Assembly (NCBI GenBank): GCA_013166835.1
Contig: JABLTI010000019.1
Span: forward strand, 1-44,602
Direction: 5' to 3'
From: Promethearchaeati archaeon
Lineage (GTDB): Archaea > Asgardarchaeota > Heimdallarchaeia > JABLTI01
DNA length: 44,602 bases
The notes below the pieces were generated by a model. It did no database searches, was not told where the DNA came from, and saw nothing but the letters and a program-made list of their open reading frames with translations. Positions 30,109-41,013 of this stretch are shown piece after piece (positions within the stretch are counted from its first letter, which is position 1; the number at the start of each line of letters is the position of its first letter). The translations under genes and the position numbers were made by a program.

Positions 30109-31575
30109 TTAGAGAAGAGCAACTTGTTTATTAAACTCGACAATTAACTCATCCAGTTTTGAGGCAACACTGTAAATAGTATTCCAATAATTCTCTTCTT
30201 CATACCATTGTTGATTTAATTCTTCAACACTTTTACCTTGTTGTTCCACCCAGGTAAAATACTTCAAGTGATGAATTCGTTGTTTCTCAGTGTATCTTAA
30301 TTCTATCATACTATCTGTTTTGATTCCTTCGAGAGAACGATGATAATCTATTGCAGCATCGATTTCCTTGTATTTTCCAAATTTCTCTTCATATTCTTTC
30401 AATCTTGATTGATACATTGTCATAGAATCGGTAAAGACTGTCAAAAGTGTGTCCTTTCTTGTTAACTCATAGTACTTGGCAAATTTGATGGTCATTAATA
30501 GATTTGCAAGACTAGAAATTCCCAAAAGAGGTAGATTCGAGATGACTTTATTCGGTACACCCATTTTCTCTAGATACTTTTGACCAGCTTCTTCATTGAA
30601 CAACCTCATGAGATTAATACAATCTTTATCATCAATTGCTATAACAAGATCCGTTTGTTTAACGTTGTGAATCCATGGAATGTGTTTATCACCAATACCT
30701 TCGATTTGATGATAGCCATAACCATTTAGAAGCATTGTAGGACATTGTAATGATTCCCCAGCAGCAGTTTTAGCAGACGGATAAATTTTCTTAAGATAAT
30801 CAGCAGAACCGAGTGTTCCTGCTGAGCCAGTAGTTAAACAAGATCCACGAAACTTTGAACTCCCTAGCTCTTTATCTAAGACTTCTTTCATTGCAGGTCC
30901 TGTTACCTCATAATGCCAAAGTTGATTGCCAAATTCATCAAATTGATTGAAGATTTCAATCTCATCTCCCCTTTCTTGTTTGAGTTCTAAGCATTTATCA
31001 AAAATTTCCTTAACATTACTTTCTCCACCTGGAGTAGTAATTATCTCTCCTGCGACCGTTTTCAACCAATCAAATCTTTCTTGAGACATTTTTTCTGGTA
31101 AAATAGCTAAAGAATTACATGCTAAGAGAGTAGCGTTATATGCACCACCACGGCAATAATTGCCGGTAGATGGCCAAACAGCAATTTGTTTAGAGGGATT
31201 AAATTGACCGGTAACAAGTTTTGGAACTAAACATCCAAATGTTGCACCAACTTTATGAGAACCGGTAGGCATCCATTTGCCCACAAGTGCAAAAATTCTT
31301 GCTTCCACACCTGTTAGTTCAGATGGTAACTCAATATAATTAGGCAACTCATTAAATCCTCCACCCTTATCAACTGGTTCATTTTTCCAGGTTATTCGAA
31401 AGAGATTTCTCGGATGAACTTCCCACAAACTTAAGAGACTTAGTTCTTTCATGATTTTATTTGAGATTTTTTTTGGATTTCTTTGTTGTTCGAGAGTCGG
31501 AATAATGATATTTTGTTTTCTTGCTCGCTTGACTACTTGTTTTAGTACTTCTTCATTTATTGTTAAATCAATCAA
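30109..31575 (-). CDS. Fold-type II PLP enzyme (cysteine synthase/threonine synthase-like)
   Basis: PTGSHKVG PLP lysine, STGNY, GSAGT, IEGIG. Confidence 0.85.
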   Translation of the reverse strand: MIDLTINEEVLKQVVKRARKQNIIIPTLEQQRNPKKISNKIMKELSLLSLWEVHPRNLFRITWKNEPVDKGGGFNELPNYIELPSELTGVEARIFALVGKWMPTGSHKVGATFGCLVPKLVTGQFNPSKQIAVWPSTGNYCRGGAYNATLLACNSLAILPEKMSQERFDWLKTVAGEIITTPGGESNVKEIFDKCLELKQERGDEIEIFNQFDEFGNQLWHYEVTGPAMKEVLDKELGSSKFRGSCLTTGSAGTLGSADYLKKIYPSAKTAAGESLQCPTMLLNGYGYHQIEGIGDKHIPWIHNVKQTDLVIAIDDKDCINLMRLFNEEAGQKYLEKMGVPNKVISNLPLLGISSLANLLMTIKFAKYYELTRKDTLLTVFTDSMTMYQSRLKEYEEKFGKYKEIDAAIDYHRSLEGIKTDSMIELRYTEKQRIHHLKYFTWVEQQGKSVEELNQQWYEEENYWNTIYSVASKLDELIVEFNKQVALL

Positions 31576-31703
31576 TATTATACCTCAGAAAATCTCAGTA
31601 TTGATTAATTCTCTCAATCATCACTAATATTTTTATTGTGAAACAACTTTACTAGATAGTTAGTTATATCTCAGGATTCCAAGACAGAAATTAACGAGGT
31701 TAA

Positions 31704-32435
31704 TTGTTGCCAGATAGTAATCAAATCAGCAAAGTAGAAAATCAAATCTTCACAAATGAAATCAAGAAATTTATTTTAAGTAATGGAGCTTCGATTGTTG
31801 GGATTGGAGATCTTACTGTTTTGAATGATTATAAGCATGATCCAGAAGTTCCAAGAGGATTTTCAAGAGCAATTTCAATGGGAATCAGATTATCAGACGA
31901 GATAATTAACAAGATAACAAAAGGGCCAACAAAGGCATACGCAGAACTTTATCGAAAAACAAATGATAAATTAAACAAAATTGCCACACAAACTGAAAAG
32001 CAATTAGAAAAAAATGGTTTTAAAACAATGAGAATTCCAGCATCACAAAGAGTTAATCATCAAAAACTATATGGAAAATTTCCTCATAAAACAGCAGCAA
32101 TTTTAAGTGGTTTGGGATGGATTGGAAAAAGTGCTCTATTGATCTCTTTTGAACATGGACCAAGAGTTCGTTTTGCAACAATATTAACAAACGCCCCGCT
32201 AATTGCTGACAAAGCTCAAGAGACAAGCAACTGTGGATCATGCAAAATATGTGTTGAAGCCTGTCCCGCTGAAGCAATGACAGGAGAATTATGGTTTTTT
32301 GGAAATCCTAGAAGTAAAATATTCAATGCTCATGCTTGTCATAAGCATTTGAAAATTCAAGAACAAAGAGTTGGTGAAACTATTTGTGGAATTTGCATAG
32401 CTGTTTGTCCATTCGGAAAGAAAAAACAAAAGTAA
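31704..32435 (+). CDS. QueG/reductive-dehalogenase-like 4Fe-4S protein
   Basis: HKTAA..SGLGWIGKS, GPRVRFATILT, CGSCKICVEACP, CGICIAVCP. Confidence 0.85.
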   Translation: MLPDSNQISKVENQIFTNEIKKFILSNGASIVGIGDLTVLNDYKHDPEVPRGFSRAISMGIRLSDEIINKITKGPTKAYAELYRKTNDKLNKIATQTEKQLEKNGFKTMRIPASQRVNHQKLYGKFPHKTAAILSGLGWIGKSALLISFEHGPRVRFATILTNAPLIADKAQETSNCGSCKICVEACPAEAMTGELWFFGNPRSKIFNAHACHKHLKIQEQRVGETICGICIAVCPFGKKKQK

Positions 32436-32520
32436 ATTGGCTAAATTTTCTTATCGATTAATGGAAACCAGCATTATTATTTTTATAATAGGAAATGCAA
32501 TGAATATCTGGTTCATAACT

Positions 32521-33931
32521 ATGAAAGACGGTAAAGATATCGCTGATTTTGCTGTAGATTACGGAACCAAGAAAGGAGCAAACTACATAGAAGCAAGATA
32601 TGTAGACTCAAGAGATGAAGGTTACACCACTAGAAATGGAGCTCTTATAGGAGGAGGAATTGTTAATACTCAAGGTATAGCAATAAGAGTTCTAGCAGAT
32701 GGTGGAATTGGCTTCTGTTCTACGGCTAAATTAGAGAAAGATCATGTGAAGAAAGCAATTGAACTTGCAATCAAAATGGCCAAAGCCAGTAAGAGAAAAG
32801 AACCGATCATATTCTCAGAAGAAGATGTTGTGAAAACCAAATGGTCAACACCAGTAAAACAAAACATTGCAGACATTTCTGATGAAGAAAAAATCAAGTT
32901 TGTATATGATCTTGATAAAACACTAGTTAGTCAAGATTACGGTGAAAGTTTGGTAACAAGAACACTAATGTTAAACTTGAATGATGTCAAGAAATACATT
33001 CACAACAGTGAAGGATCACAAATAGAATCAGAAAAATCGTTAATCTTCTTTTACACTTTCAATACTGCAAAAGGAACTTTAGGAACAGAACAACGATTTA
33101 ATGGTATGGGCGGTTCAATGGGCTGGGAATGGTTTGAAGAAGAAAATATCGTGGAAAAAGTAATATGCAAAAGAGATGAAACTTGGAGTGATTGATGTTA
33201 TTGTCAGTAGTGAAGTTGCAGGTATTATTGCACATGAAAACACTGGACATCCCTCTGAGGGTGATAGAATACTCGGTCGCGAAGGAGCACAAGCTGGAGA
33301 GTCATTTTACATAGATCTCTTAAAAGATCAAAAACTAGGAGAGATCAAGATTGGAAATGAATGCGTGAATCTCATAGATGATCCAACTCTTCCAGGCAGT
33401 GCAGGATTTTACTTATACGATGACGAATGTGTGAAAGCTCGACCAAGGTACTTGATTAAGAATGGAATAATCACTGAAGTACTGCTCAATAGAGAATTCG
33501 CATATAAATTTGAAACAAAATCAAACGCATCTTCAAGATCCATGGGTTACGATAGAGAACCATTAATACGAATGGCAAACACCTATTTCGGACCTGGAGA
33601 TCATAACATAGAAGAGCTTTTTGAGGATGTCAAAAAGGGCATTTACATGAAAAGCTTCACAGAATGGAATATTGATGATCGAAGATTCCAAAGCAAATAC
33701 GTTGGATTAGAAGCATATCTAATCAAAGATGGTATGCTAACTGAAAAGATGGTTAGAAGACCAATTCTCGAATTAACGACCTTTGGTTTGTATGGAAGTG
33801 TTGATGCAATAACTAAAGACGCTGAATTCCCCATGGGCCATTGTGGAAAGTCGGATCCCGGTCAAGGAGCACCTTGCTGGATGGGTGGAAGTCAAGTTAG
33901 AATGAGAAATATACGTCTTGGAGGAGAATAA
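32521..33931 (+). pseudogene. tldD: TldD family metalloprotease, split by a frameshift near 33160-33170 (pseudogene or assembly error)
   Basis: N-half YIEARY..GIAIRV..GGIGF (ORF to 33195); C-half HENTGHPSEGD, RMANTY, CGK (33176-33931). Confidence 0.8.
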
Positions 33932-33932
33932 A

Positions 33933-35303
33933 ATGAGTAACAATTTTACAGAAAAAGCATTAGAAGTAGCACAGAAAGAAGGAGCAACCGAAGTTATTGC
34001 TCGATTAGTCGAAGGACCAAATTATCAAATTCGATTCTCAAATTCCAACATTGATATTTCTAAACAATGGGATCAAAGTATGTTAGAAGTCTTCATTGCG
34101 ATTGGCAAACAAATAACTCAAGTAGATATCCAAGATCCTACAATTCCAAAAATAGAACAAATTGTTAAGCAAGCTACCAATTTTGTTAAAAGAATGCCTG
34201 ATAGTCAGCTCTATGCTACAATGGAGTCAAAGAAGCATTCCTACAATGCAATTGATGGTTTGTATGATAAGACTATTGAGACTTTTCCTGAGAAAGCACC
34301 TGAGATGGTAAATATTGCTATAGAAAAAGCACTTGAAGTCGGTGCAAAAAGGGTTGCTGGTGTGCTTTATTTTGGAAAAACGAGGTCGGAATTACTAACA
34401 AGCTACGGAAATTCAGGTTCATACGATTCATCGTTCTATAGAATGACAATACGCTCATTCGTTGATTTTGAAAGTAGTGGTCAAGATGTAGTTGTTGGAA
34501 GAAATATGTCTGACATCGAAAAGAAACTTTCAGAAGCAGGCGAAAATGCTGGAAAACTCGCTAAAATGGCTGTTGGTGGAAAACAAGGCAAAGCAGGAAA
34601 ATACGATTTGATTCTTAGTCCTACTGTTGGTGGTAATCTCTTTGGACAAATAACTGATGGAGCTAATCCCTTAATGCTCTTATTAAACATGAGTCCATTA
34701 GGAGACCACTTTGGTGAGCAAATAACACCTGAGAATTTTCATGTGGTAGATGATCCACATATAAGTGAAGGTTTAGGAAGCAAACCATTTGATGTGGAAG
34801 GAACTCCTACCAGTAAAACACCAATCATTCAAAATGGTGTCTTAGTTGGTTTGATTCACAACACAACTTCTGGAATAATGATGCAAGCTGAAAGTACTGG
34901 AAATTCAAATCTCACCAGTTTCTTTGGTTCTGGATCCAAGTTTCTCGCTCCTGAACCAACAAATATGGTTTATAGTAAAGGTGATTACTCCCTCGATGAA
35001 ATCATTGCTGAATCCAAGAAACCAACAATCTATGTTACCAGCAATTGGTATACACGTTATACAAATATGTTAGAAGGAGAATTCTCAACCATACCTCGAG
35101 ATGGAATGTTTCTTATTGAAGACGGGGAAATCAAAAAACCTGTCAGGAAGCTTCGAATCTCAGAGAACCTTCTCAAAATGAGTAAAAGAGTAGAAGCAAT
35201 TGGTAAGGACCGCAAACAGATTTATTGGTGGGAAGTATATACACCGACATTTATTCCAACAATAAAAATAGCAGACTGCAATATCACTGCAGCTACTCAG
35301 TAA
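33933..35303 (+). CDS. pmbA: PmbA/TldE family protein
   Basis: IRFSNS, GKYDLILSP, PFDVEGTP, STGN; follows tldD. Confidence 0.9.
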   Translation: MSNNFTEKALEVAQKEGATEVIARLVEGPNYQIRFSNSNIDISKQWDQSMLEVFIAIGKQITQVDIQDPTIPKIEQIVKQATNFVKRMPDSQLYATMESKKHSYNAIDGLYDKTIETFPEKAPEMVNIAIEKALEVGAKRVAGVLYFGKTRSELLTSYGNSGSYDSSFYRMTIRSFVDFESSGQDVVVGRNMSDIEKKLSEAGENAGKLAKMAVGGKQGKAGKYDLILSPTVGGNLFGQITDGANPLMLLLNMSPLGDHFGEQITPENFHVVDDPHISEGLGSKPFDVEGTPTSKTPIIQNGVLVGLIHNTTSGIMMQAESTGNSNLTSFFGSGSKFLAPEPTNMVYSKGDYSLDEIIAESKKPTIYVTSNWYTRYTNMLEGEFSTIPRDGMFLIEDGEIKKPVRKLRISENLLKMSKRVEAIGKDRKQIYWWEVYTPTFIPTIKIADCNITAATQ

Positions 35304-35314
35304 TTTAGAAAAAC

Positions 35315-35360
35315 CTCTCGAACTCGTAATAGAGTTTGAGAGAAAAACTTTTTTTCTTTT
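35315..35360 (+). terminator. Hairpin plus U tract after pmbA
   Basis: CTCTCGAACTC-GTAATA-GAGTTTGAGAG followed by TTTTTTTCTTTT. Confidence 0.7.
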
Positions 35361-35455
35361 AATTGTATGCTGATAATTTAAATAAAGCATCTACATAAAG
35401 TTCATATAGATAAAAGAATTGATATGATTTTTTATGATGAAAAGAAGATGAGTAT

Positions 35456-37096
35456 ATGTCGAAAAAAACCAAATTTGTGTTTATCGTTGGTGGAGTCATG
35501 TCCGGTATTGGAAAAGGGATTGTGACTTCCAGTATAGGGAAAAATATTCAGATTCGTAAAGGAACAATTGATCTTATTAAAATTGATCCCTACCTAAACA
35601 TCGATGCTGGTACCATGAATCCAATACAGCATGGTGAAGTATTTGTAACAGATGATGGGGGAGAAATAGATGTTGATTTTGGTCATTACGCTAGGATTCT
35701 AGGATTAAATATGAAGAAAAGTCAGAACATTACCACAGGTAAAGTTTATCGAGAGGTTATTAGAAAAGAACGAGCAGGAGATTATCTCGGGCAAACTGTA
35801 CAAGTTATCCCTCATATTACAGATGAAATTAAGAAAAGAATTCGAGCGGTTGTTGAATTAAGAAATCCTGATGTTTTACTTATTGAAGTTGGTGGTACAG
35901 TTGGTGACATGGAGTCTCAGCCTTTTCTAGAAGCTATTCGGCAAATGATCATGGAGGAAAACAAAGAAGACACCTTGCTAGTTCATACAACATTTATCCC
36001 AGTTCCTGCCCATCTTGGTGAACCAAAAACAAAACCAACTCAACATTCAGTGAAAGAGCTAAGAAGCATTGGTTTGAATCCAACAATCATAGTGTGTAGA
36101 AGTCACAAAGTTTTAGACGAACAAACACAAGAAAAAGTAGCTTTATTCTGTAACGTACCGAAAGAAGCTGTCTTTACTTTACCAGACTTGGATACAGTAT
36201 ATTCAGCACCATACATGCTTGATCAACAAGGATTTGGTGAACTAGTATTCAAAGAACTTGATTTAAAGGGAGAAAAAGTCGATTGGAAAGAATGGAATGA
36301 TTTAACTGAGCGTTACGAAAATCCAGAAGATTGTGTAAAAATTGCAATGGGTGGAAAATATACAACTATAATTGATTCATATATTTCTGTTAACGAGGCA
36401 TTGAAGCATGCAGCTGCCTTTTTCAAATATGGAGTTAAAATCGATTGGATAGATACTGAAGAAATTGAACAAGATAAAGACAAAGTTAAAGTTGTGGAAG
36501 AATATGATGGGTTGTTAGTTCCCGGGGGATTCGGTTACAGAGGTACCGAAGGAAAAATCACGATGATCTGTCATGCACGTGAGAATAATATTCCTTTCTT
36601 AGGATTGTGTTTTGGATTTCAATTAGCTACTGTAGAATTTTCAAGAAATGTAGTTGGTGTTAAAGATGCATCCAGTTTTGAATTCACAATGAATGGTGAA
36701 GTAAAATCCAAAAATCTAGTTATCGATCTTTTACCAGAACAAAAAGGAGTTACAGATTTAGGAGGAACTATGAGATTAGGTGGCTTAAAAGTACTAATCA
36801 AGAAAGGGACAAACACACATAGACTTTACAAAAAGGATCTAATTGTAGAAAGACATAGACATAGATTCGAAGTAAATCCAGAGTTCATAGAACGAATTGA
36901 GAAAAAAGGTCTTGTTTTTGCAGGAACATCTGAAGATGGACGAAGAATGGAGATTTTTGAATTACCAGGACATAGATTCTTCCAAGCATCACAATTTCAT
37001 CCTGAATTTACTTCACTTCCTTGGAATCCAAATCCTTTGTTCAGAGGTTTCATAGAAGCAGCAATAGAAAGGAAGAAGGAAAGACTCAAAACCTAG
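35456..37096 (+). CDS. pyrG: CTP synthase
   Basis: GGVMSGIGKG, DPYLNIDAGTM, KTKPTQHS, GLCFG, RHRHRFE, QFHPE. Confidence 0.98.
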   Translation: MSKKTKFVFIVGGVMSGIGKGIVTSSIGKNIQIRKGTIDLIKIDPYLNIDAGTMNPIQHGEVFVTDDGGEIDVDFGHYARILGLNMKKSQNITTGKVYREVIRKERAGDYLGQTVQVIPHITDEIKKRIRAVVELRNPDVLLIEVGGTVGDMESQPFLEAIRQMIMEENKEDTLLVHTTFIPVPAHLGEPKTKPTQHSVKELRSIGLNPTIIVCRSHKVLDEQTQEKVALFCNVPKEAVFTLPDLDTVYSAPYMLDQQGFGELVFKELDLKGEKVDWKEWNDLTERYENPEDCVKIAMGGKYTTIIDSYISVNEALKHAAAFFKYGVKIDWIDTEEIEQDKDKVKVVEEYDGLLVPGGFGYRGTEGKITMICHARENNIPFLGLCFGFQLATVEFSRNVVGVKDASSFEFTMNGEVKSKNLVIDLLPEQKGVTDLGGTMRLGGLKVLIKKGTNTHRLYKKDLIVERHRHRFEVNPEFIERIEKKGLVFAGTSEDGRRMEIFELPGHRFFQASQFHPEFTSLPWNPNPLFRGFIEAAIERKKERLKT

Positions 37097-37144
37097 TACC
37101 ATTTGAGAAACAGAATAAAGAAATCCAAAAAGAAATTGGAAAAA

Positions 37145-37423
37145 TTATATCTTGAAAATTACTGTATCAACTTTTGTACTGCAAATCTTTCGAACACCAT
37201 GCATTCCCGGTTCATAACGAGAAACCAAAAGCTTTGCATTTTCAAGAATTTTAATTTGAGCACTAATATTTGCTTCTGTTTGATTTAATAAACCCGCAAT
37301 ACGGCTTACGTCAATGTCTTTTTCAGAGGTCAGCCTAAGAATTCGCACCCGTGTTTTGGATGAAAGTGCTTTTGCGACTAGGTTGATATCGTCACTATCT
37401 ACATCTAAAGTTTCTTTTGACAT
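37145..37423 (-). CDS. ArsR-family winged-helix regulator
   Basis: KALSSKTRVRIL, ANISAQIKILENAKLL, PGMHGVRKIC. Confidence 0.88.
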   Translation of the reverse strand: MSKETLDVDSDDINLVAKALSSKTRVRILRLTSEKDIDVSRIAGLLNQTEANISAQIKILENAKLLVSRYEPGMHGVRKICSTKVDTVIFKI

Positions 37424-37654
37424 GTCAATACCTCTTCCATTAAGAAGTTCGGAGTACTACTACAATTAATACAATAAATAAAAGTTTCTGTGAATTTTTT
37501 AATGATTGTTTTATGAAAAAAAAGTGTTGAATGATATAAAACCTTTTTTATTAAAGGCGAAGAAGAACAAATTACTTAAAACAATGGATAGACTTTATCC
37601 ATAAATAGAAAATTTGCATTGAAAAAAACTTACAGCAAATATAAGTGATGATTC

Positions 37655-38548
37655 ATGTCAAAAGCAGCTGAGTATTTACTTGAATTAGAGAAGAATGATT
37701 TCCGGTTATTAACAGCTGTAGAAGTGGGAATGCGGACAGCTGAGTATGTATCAGTGGATTCTATGGTTGAATTTAGTAAGCTCAGACCTGATCAAGTCAT
37801 TAAAAGACTGGATAATCTTCATTATAGGGATCTTCTTCATCGTTGGAAGGGTCAATTCACAGGTTATCAATTGACACATCATGGTTACGATGTTCTAGCA
37901 TTTCGAGCATTATCAGAAAGAGACACAATTATTGCAATAGGTAGAGAATTAGGGAAAGGAAAAGAATCCGATGTTTTTCTTGCTTATGATGAAGAACAAA
38001 AAACTTTGGTAGCAAAAATCCATCGAGTTGGTCGACCTAGTTTTCAAAGAAGTAAAAAACTTAGAGGATATCTAGGGTCAAAAGGACACATTAATTGGTT
38101 ATATAAATCAAGATTATCAGCAGAAAGAGAACTGCTTGGATTAAAAATCGCTAACAAAATAAAACTAAAAGCTCCAAAAGCTATTGATGGTAACCGTCAC
38201 ATAGTAATTATGGAGTTTTTCGAAGGAACAGAACTAATGAATATTGGATTGAAAAATCCTTTGAAAATTTTTAATGGAATAATTTCCGAAATCAGAAAGT
38301 TATTTGTTAAGGGAAAAATTATTCATGGAGATCTTTCGGAATATAATGTCCTAATCACTCCAAAAGAAGATTTTCTGATAATTGATTTTCCACAATACGA
38401 GTCTGCTGAACATGTTAATGCTGGGGAATTACTTTATCGAGACATAAATAATATCTGCAAGTATTTTAAACGAAAATTCAAAGTGGAGTCTGACCCACAA
38501 ACCATCACAGAAGTTATTATGGAAGAATATGAAAAACAAAAACTCTGA
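37655..38548 (+). CDS. rio2: RIO2-type atypical Ser/Thr kinase
   Basis: N-terminal wHTH with GYQLT..GYDVLA, GKGKESDV, IHGDLSEYNV, IIDFPQ. Confidence 0.93.
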   Translation: MSKAAEYLLELEKNDFRLLTAVEVGMRTAEYVSVDSMVEFSKLRPDQVIKRLDNLHYRDLLHRWKGQFTGYQLTHHGYDVLAFRALSERDTIIAIGRELGKGKESDVFLAYDEEQKTLVAKIHRVGRPSFQRSKKLRGYLGSKGHINWLYKSRLSAERELLGLKIANKIKLKAPKAIDGNRHIVIMEFFEGTELMNIGLKNPLKIFNGIISEIRKLFVKGKIIHGDLSEYNVLITPKEDFLIIDFPQYESAEHVNAGELLYRDINNICKYFKRKFKVESDPQTITEVIMEEYEKQKL

Positions 38549-38626
38549 TTCATTTGTTTTATGTTTTTCGGAAAAAAACTTTTGTAAGACTGTGTATTAA
38601 CATCACTGGTAAATGAAAAAATAAAG

Positions 38627-39637
38627 GTGTCACAAATGGGTTGGTTTTTTAGTCAAGCAATAAATGAGGTCCTTCAGAAACTCCCTAATTGGTTAATAGT
38701 TATTTTTCAAGGAATAACATTCTTGGGTGATCCTATTATCTACATTGTTATTTTAGCTGTTGGTTTCTGGATTTACAAAAAGAGGGATGCAATAATTGCT
38801 ATGTATGTTTTGTTAACATCTGTTTTTCTGAATTTCTTCCTTAAAACCCTAATACAGAAACCCAGACCTACGGAATCAATTCGGATTATCGAAGAGGACG
38901 GTTTTAGTACTCCCTCTGGTCATGCTCAAAATTCAACAGCAGTTTATGGATGGATTATGCTTTACTTTAAGAAAATCTGGTTGTATATTGTTACTCCAAT
39001 TTTAGTTTTTTTAATTTGTCTTTCACGAGTAGTTTTAGGAGTTCATTACATTGGCGATGTGATTATTGGATTTCTCATTGGTGCTGTTATATTGATTGCT
39101 TTATATTTCCTCATGCCATATATACTCAAGTGGATGGAAAATTGGTCTGATAGAAGAAAAATTATTGTAGGTGAAGCATATGGAGTTGCTGTTTTTATCA
39201 TAACCTTTACTCAAGGTTTATTTGGTAACTGGGATCCAGATCATGTAACAAATCCAGTTCTTGTGGATAATACAGCACAAATAGTGTCTGCGTTAATTCT
39301 CATACCAGTTTTAGTCTGGTTTGAATCAAAATTTATCAAAATGAAGAATGAGAATATTGATTGGTCTTCCAAACTTCTCCGGGCAATCGTAGGGTTAGTA
39401 GTTTTAATTGGAGCCTATTTTGGTTTTGCTTTGCTTTTTGATTTAATTGATACCACAGAATTAGCATTTATGGCAAAGTATTCAGTTGATTATTTGCTTA
39501 GATTTATCCGATATTCCATTCTTATGGTCTTAGCAGTTTTATTATTACCCCTATTATTTGCTCGAGTAAAATTATTCTCTAAAGAAAAAGAAGTTGCTCA
39601 GACAGTAAAGTCAACAGAAAAAAGTGCTAAAACTTAG
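38627..39637 (+). CDS. PAP2 family membrane phosphatase
   Basis: K..IQKPRP, PSGHAQ, SRVVLGVHYIGD. Confidence 0.92.
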   Translation: MSQMGWFFSQAINEVLQKLPNWLIVIFQGITFLGDPIIYIVILAVGFWIYKKRDAIIAMYVLLTSVFLNFFLKTLIQKPRPTESIRIIEEDGFSTPSGHAQNSTAVYGWIMLYFKKIWLYIVTPILVFLICLSRVVLGVHYIGDVIIGFLIGAVILIALYFLMPYILKWMENWSDRRKIIVGEAYGVAVFIITFTQGLFGNWDPDHVTNPVLVDNTAQIVSALILIPVLVWFESKFIKMKNENIDWSSKLLRAIVGLVVLIGAYFGFALLFDLIDTTELAFMAKYSVDYLLRFIRYSILMVLAVLLLPLLFARVKLFSKEKEVAQTVKSTEKSAKT

Positions 39638-39638
39638 A

Positions 39639-40925
39639 TTATTTTTTAGCTCTTTTTCTTTCAACTATCTCATTAATTTCTTCATTTGATGCACCTAATG
39701 CATAATCTAAAATTTCTGTAAAAAAGAAGGTTGGCAAATAACTATTAGAGTACACACTTTGATGCACAGTAAAATTCATACTACAATTCCCACAACCCAA
39801 TATCAGTGCATCAGCCTTATGGTTAATTAATGACTTAATTCTCTTTTTGGCAATTTTATACGCTAATTCTTCATCATACTGCAACATCGAAGAACCACAA
39901 CAGAATGTCTCAAAGGGATACTTGATCGTAGTGACTGAAGTCAAGGTTAAGAGATTTCTCAATAAATCAGCTCCATGTATTGCAGATGGAGAGTATTTCG
40001 AAGGTCGTATTACTTGACATGGTACTTGTGTTGCTACTTTCAGAAAGTTTAGATTCTGCATTTGTTTTTGTTTTCTCAATGCCAGTATTTTAGATTGCAT
40101 TTCTTCTTTTAGAAGAAATTCAGATAGATGTTCAACTATTATTTCTCCTGAGTAAACCAATGAGACTTTAGCCAAGTATTTGTTAACAAGTTTGAGTTTT
40201 TCCTTGCTATCTGAAAGAATCTGATTTCCTCTCCTTAAATTACCAGAACAACCTCCACATAGACTAACAATTTTCTTATAACCATATTTCTCTGCGATTG
40301 CAAGATTATAAGCAGTAATAGTCAACCAAAGCTCTTCTGATTGCGATTCAGTCATAATTGATCCACAACATGAAAATGGCAAATCTTGATACTTTACGCA
40401 TAGTTTGTCTAGTAATTGTCTTGCTGATAATTCATAATTTGGAACTCTATATGGAATTAAGCAGCCTAGGAATAATGCAATTTCTTCTTTCTCTTTTCTG
40501 AGGAATTCTGGTTTTGATTCAAAAACTATCTTGGTTTGATCCTTTTCTAATTCTCCCATAATACCATTGATAAGATATTTAAAACTCATTAGCTCTGGTA
40601 ACGGTAATTTAGGCAAACCATAATCATGTCTAAATTCTCGTATCGATTTATTCAGATCAAACAAAAAACCATATTTCTTTAGGTTCTCGAGAGGTTCTCT
40701 CATCCTTGTTGTTTTTTGTTCATGAGTTCTTCTCTGGTCAATTGCATATTGTCTTGGGGAATTATCTATGCAAATATCTTCACAATAAAAGCATGAAGTG
40801 CAGTACCACATATCACCCTCGTCTCGAGTTATCGGAATAGCTCCTTCACTCTTATCAGCTACCGTGACTGGGCATGCTTTGCATTTGTAAAAATCGTCGC
40901 ATTCTTCGTATGGCATAACAATCAA
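39639..40925 (-). CDS. Heterodisulfide reductase B-like protein (two CCG domains) with N-terminal HdrC-like Fe-S segment
   Basis: WYCTSCFYCEDIC; FLGC..SCCG..CGGC; VPC..FCCG..CGNC. Confidence 0.85.
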   Translation of the reverse strand: MIVMPYEECDDFYKCKACPVTVADKSEGAIPITRDEGDMWYCTSCFYCEDICIDNSPRQYAIDQRRTHEQKTTRMREPLENLKKYGFLFDLNKSIREFRHDYGLPKLPLPELMSFKYLINGIMGELEKDQTKIVFESKPEFLRKEKEEIALFLGCLIPYRVPNYELSARQLLDKLCVKYQDLPFSCCGSIMTESQSEELWLTITAYNLAIAEKYGYKKIVSLCGGCSGNLRRGNQILSDSKEKLKLVNKYLAKVSLVYSGEIIVEHLSEFLLKEEMQSKILALRKQKQMQNLNFLKVATQVPCQVIRPSKYSPSAIHGADLLRNLLTLTSVTTIKYPFETFCCGSSMLQYDEELAYKIAKKRIKSLINHKADALILGCGNCSMNFTVHQSVYSNSYLPTFFFTEILDYALGASNEEINEIVERKRAKK

Positions 40926-41013
40926 TGACTAATTCTAAATGCCTATCATGTATAATAATTTCTGTTTCTAAGCAATAACAAAATTTCAAAAATCCTTACT
41001 TTGTAAAGTTGAA

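Noticed and set aside
33150-33180. Programmed ribosomal frameshift in tldD
   Set aside because: No clear slippery heptamer or stimulatory structure, and residues appear missing at the junction
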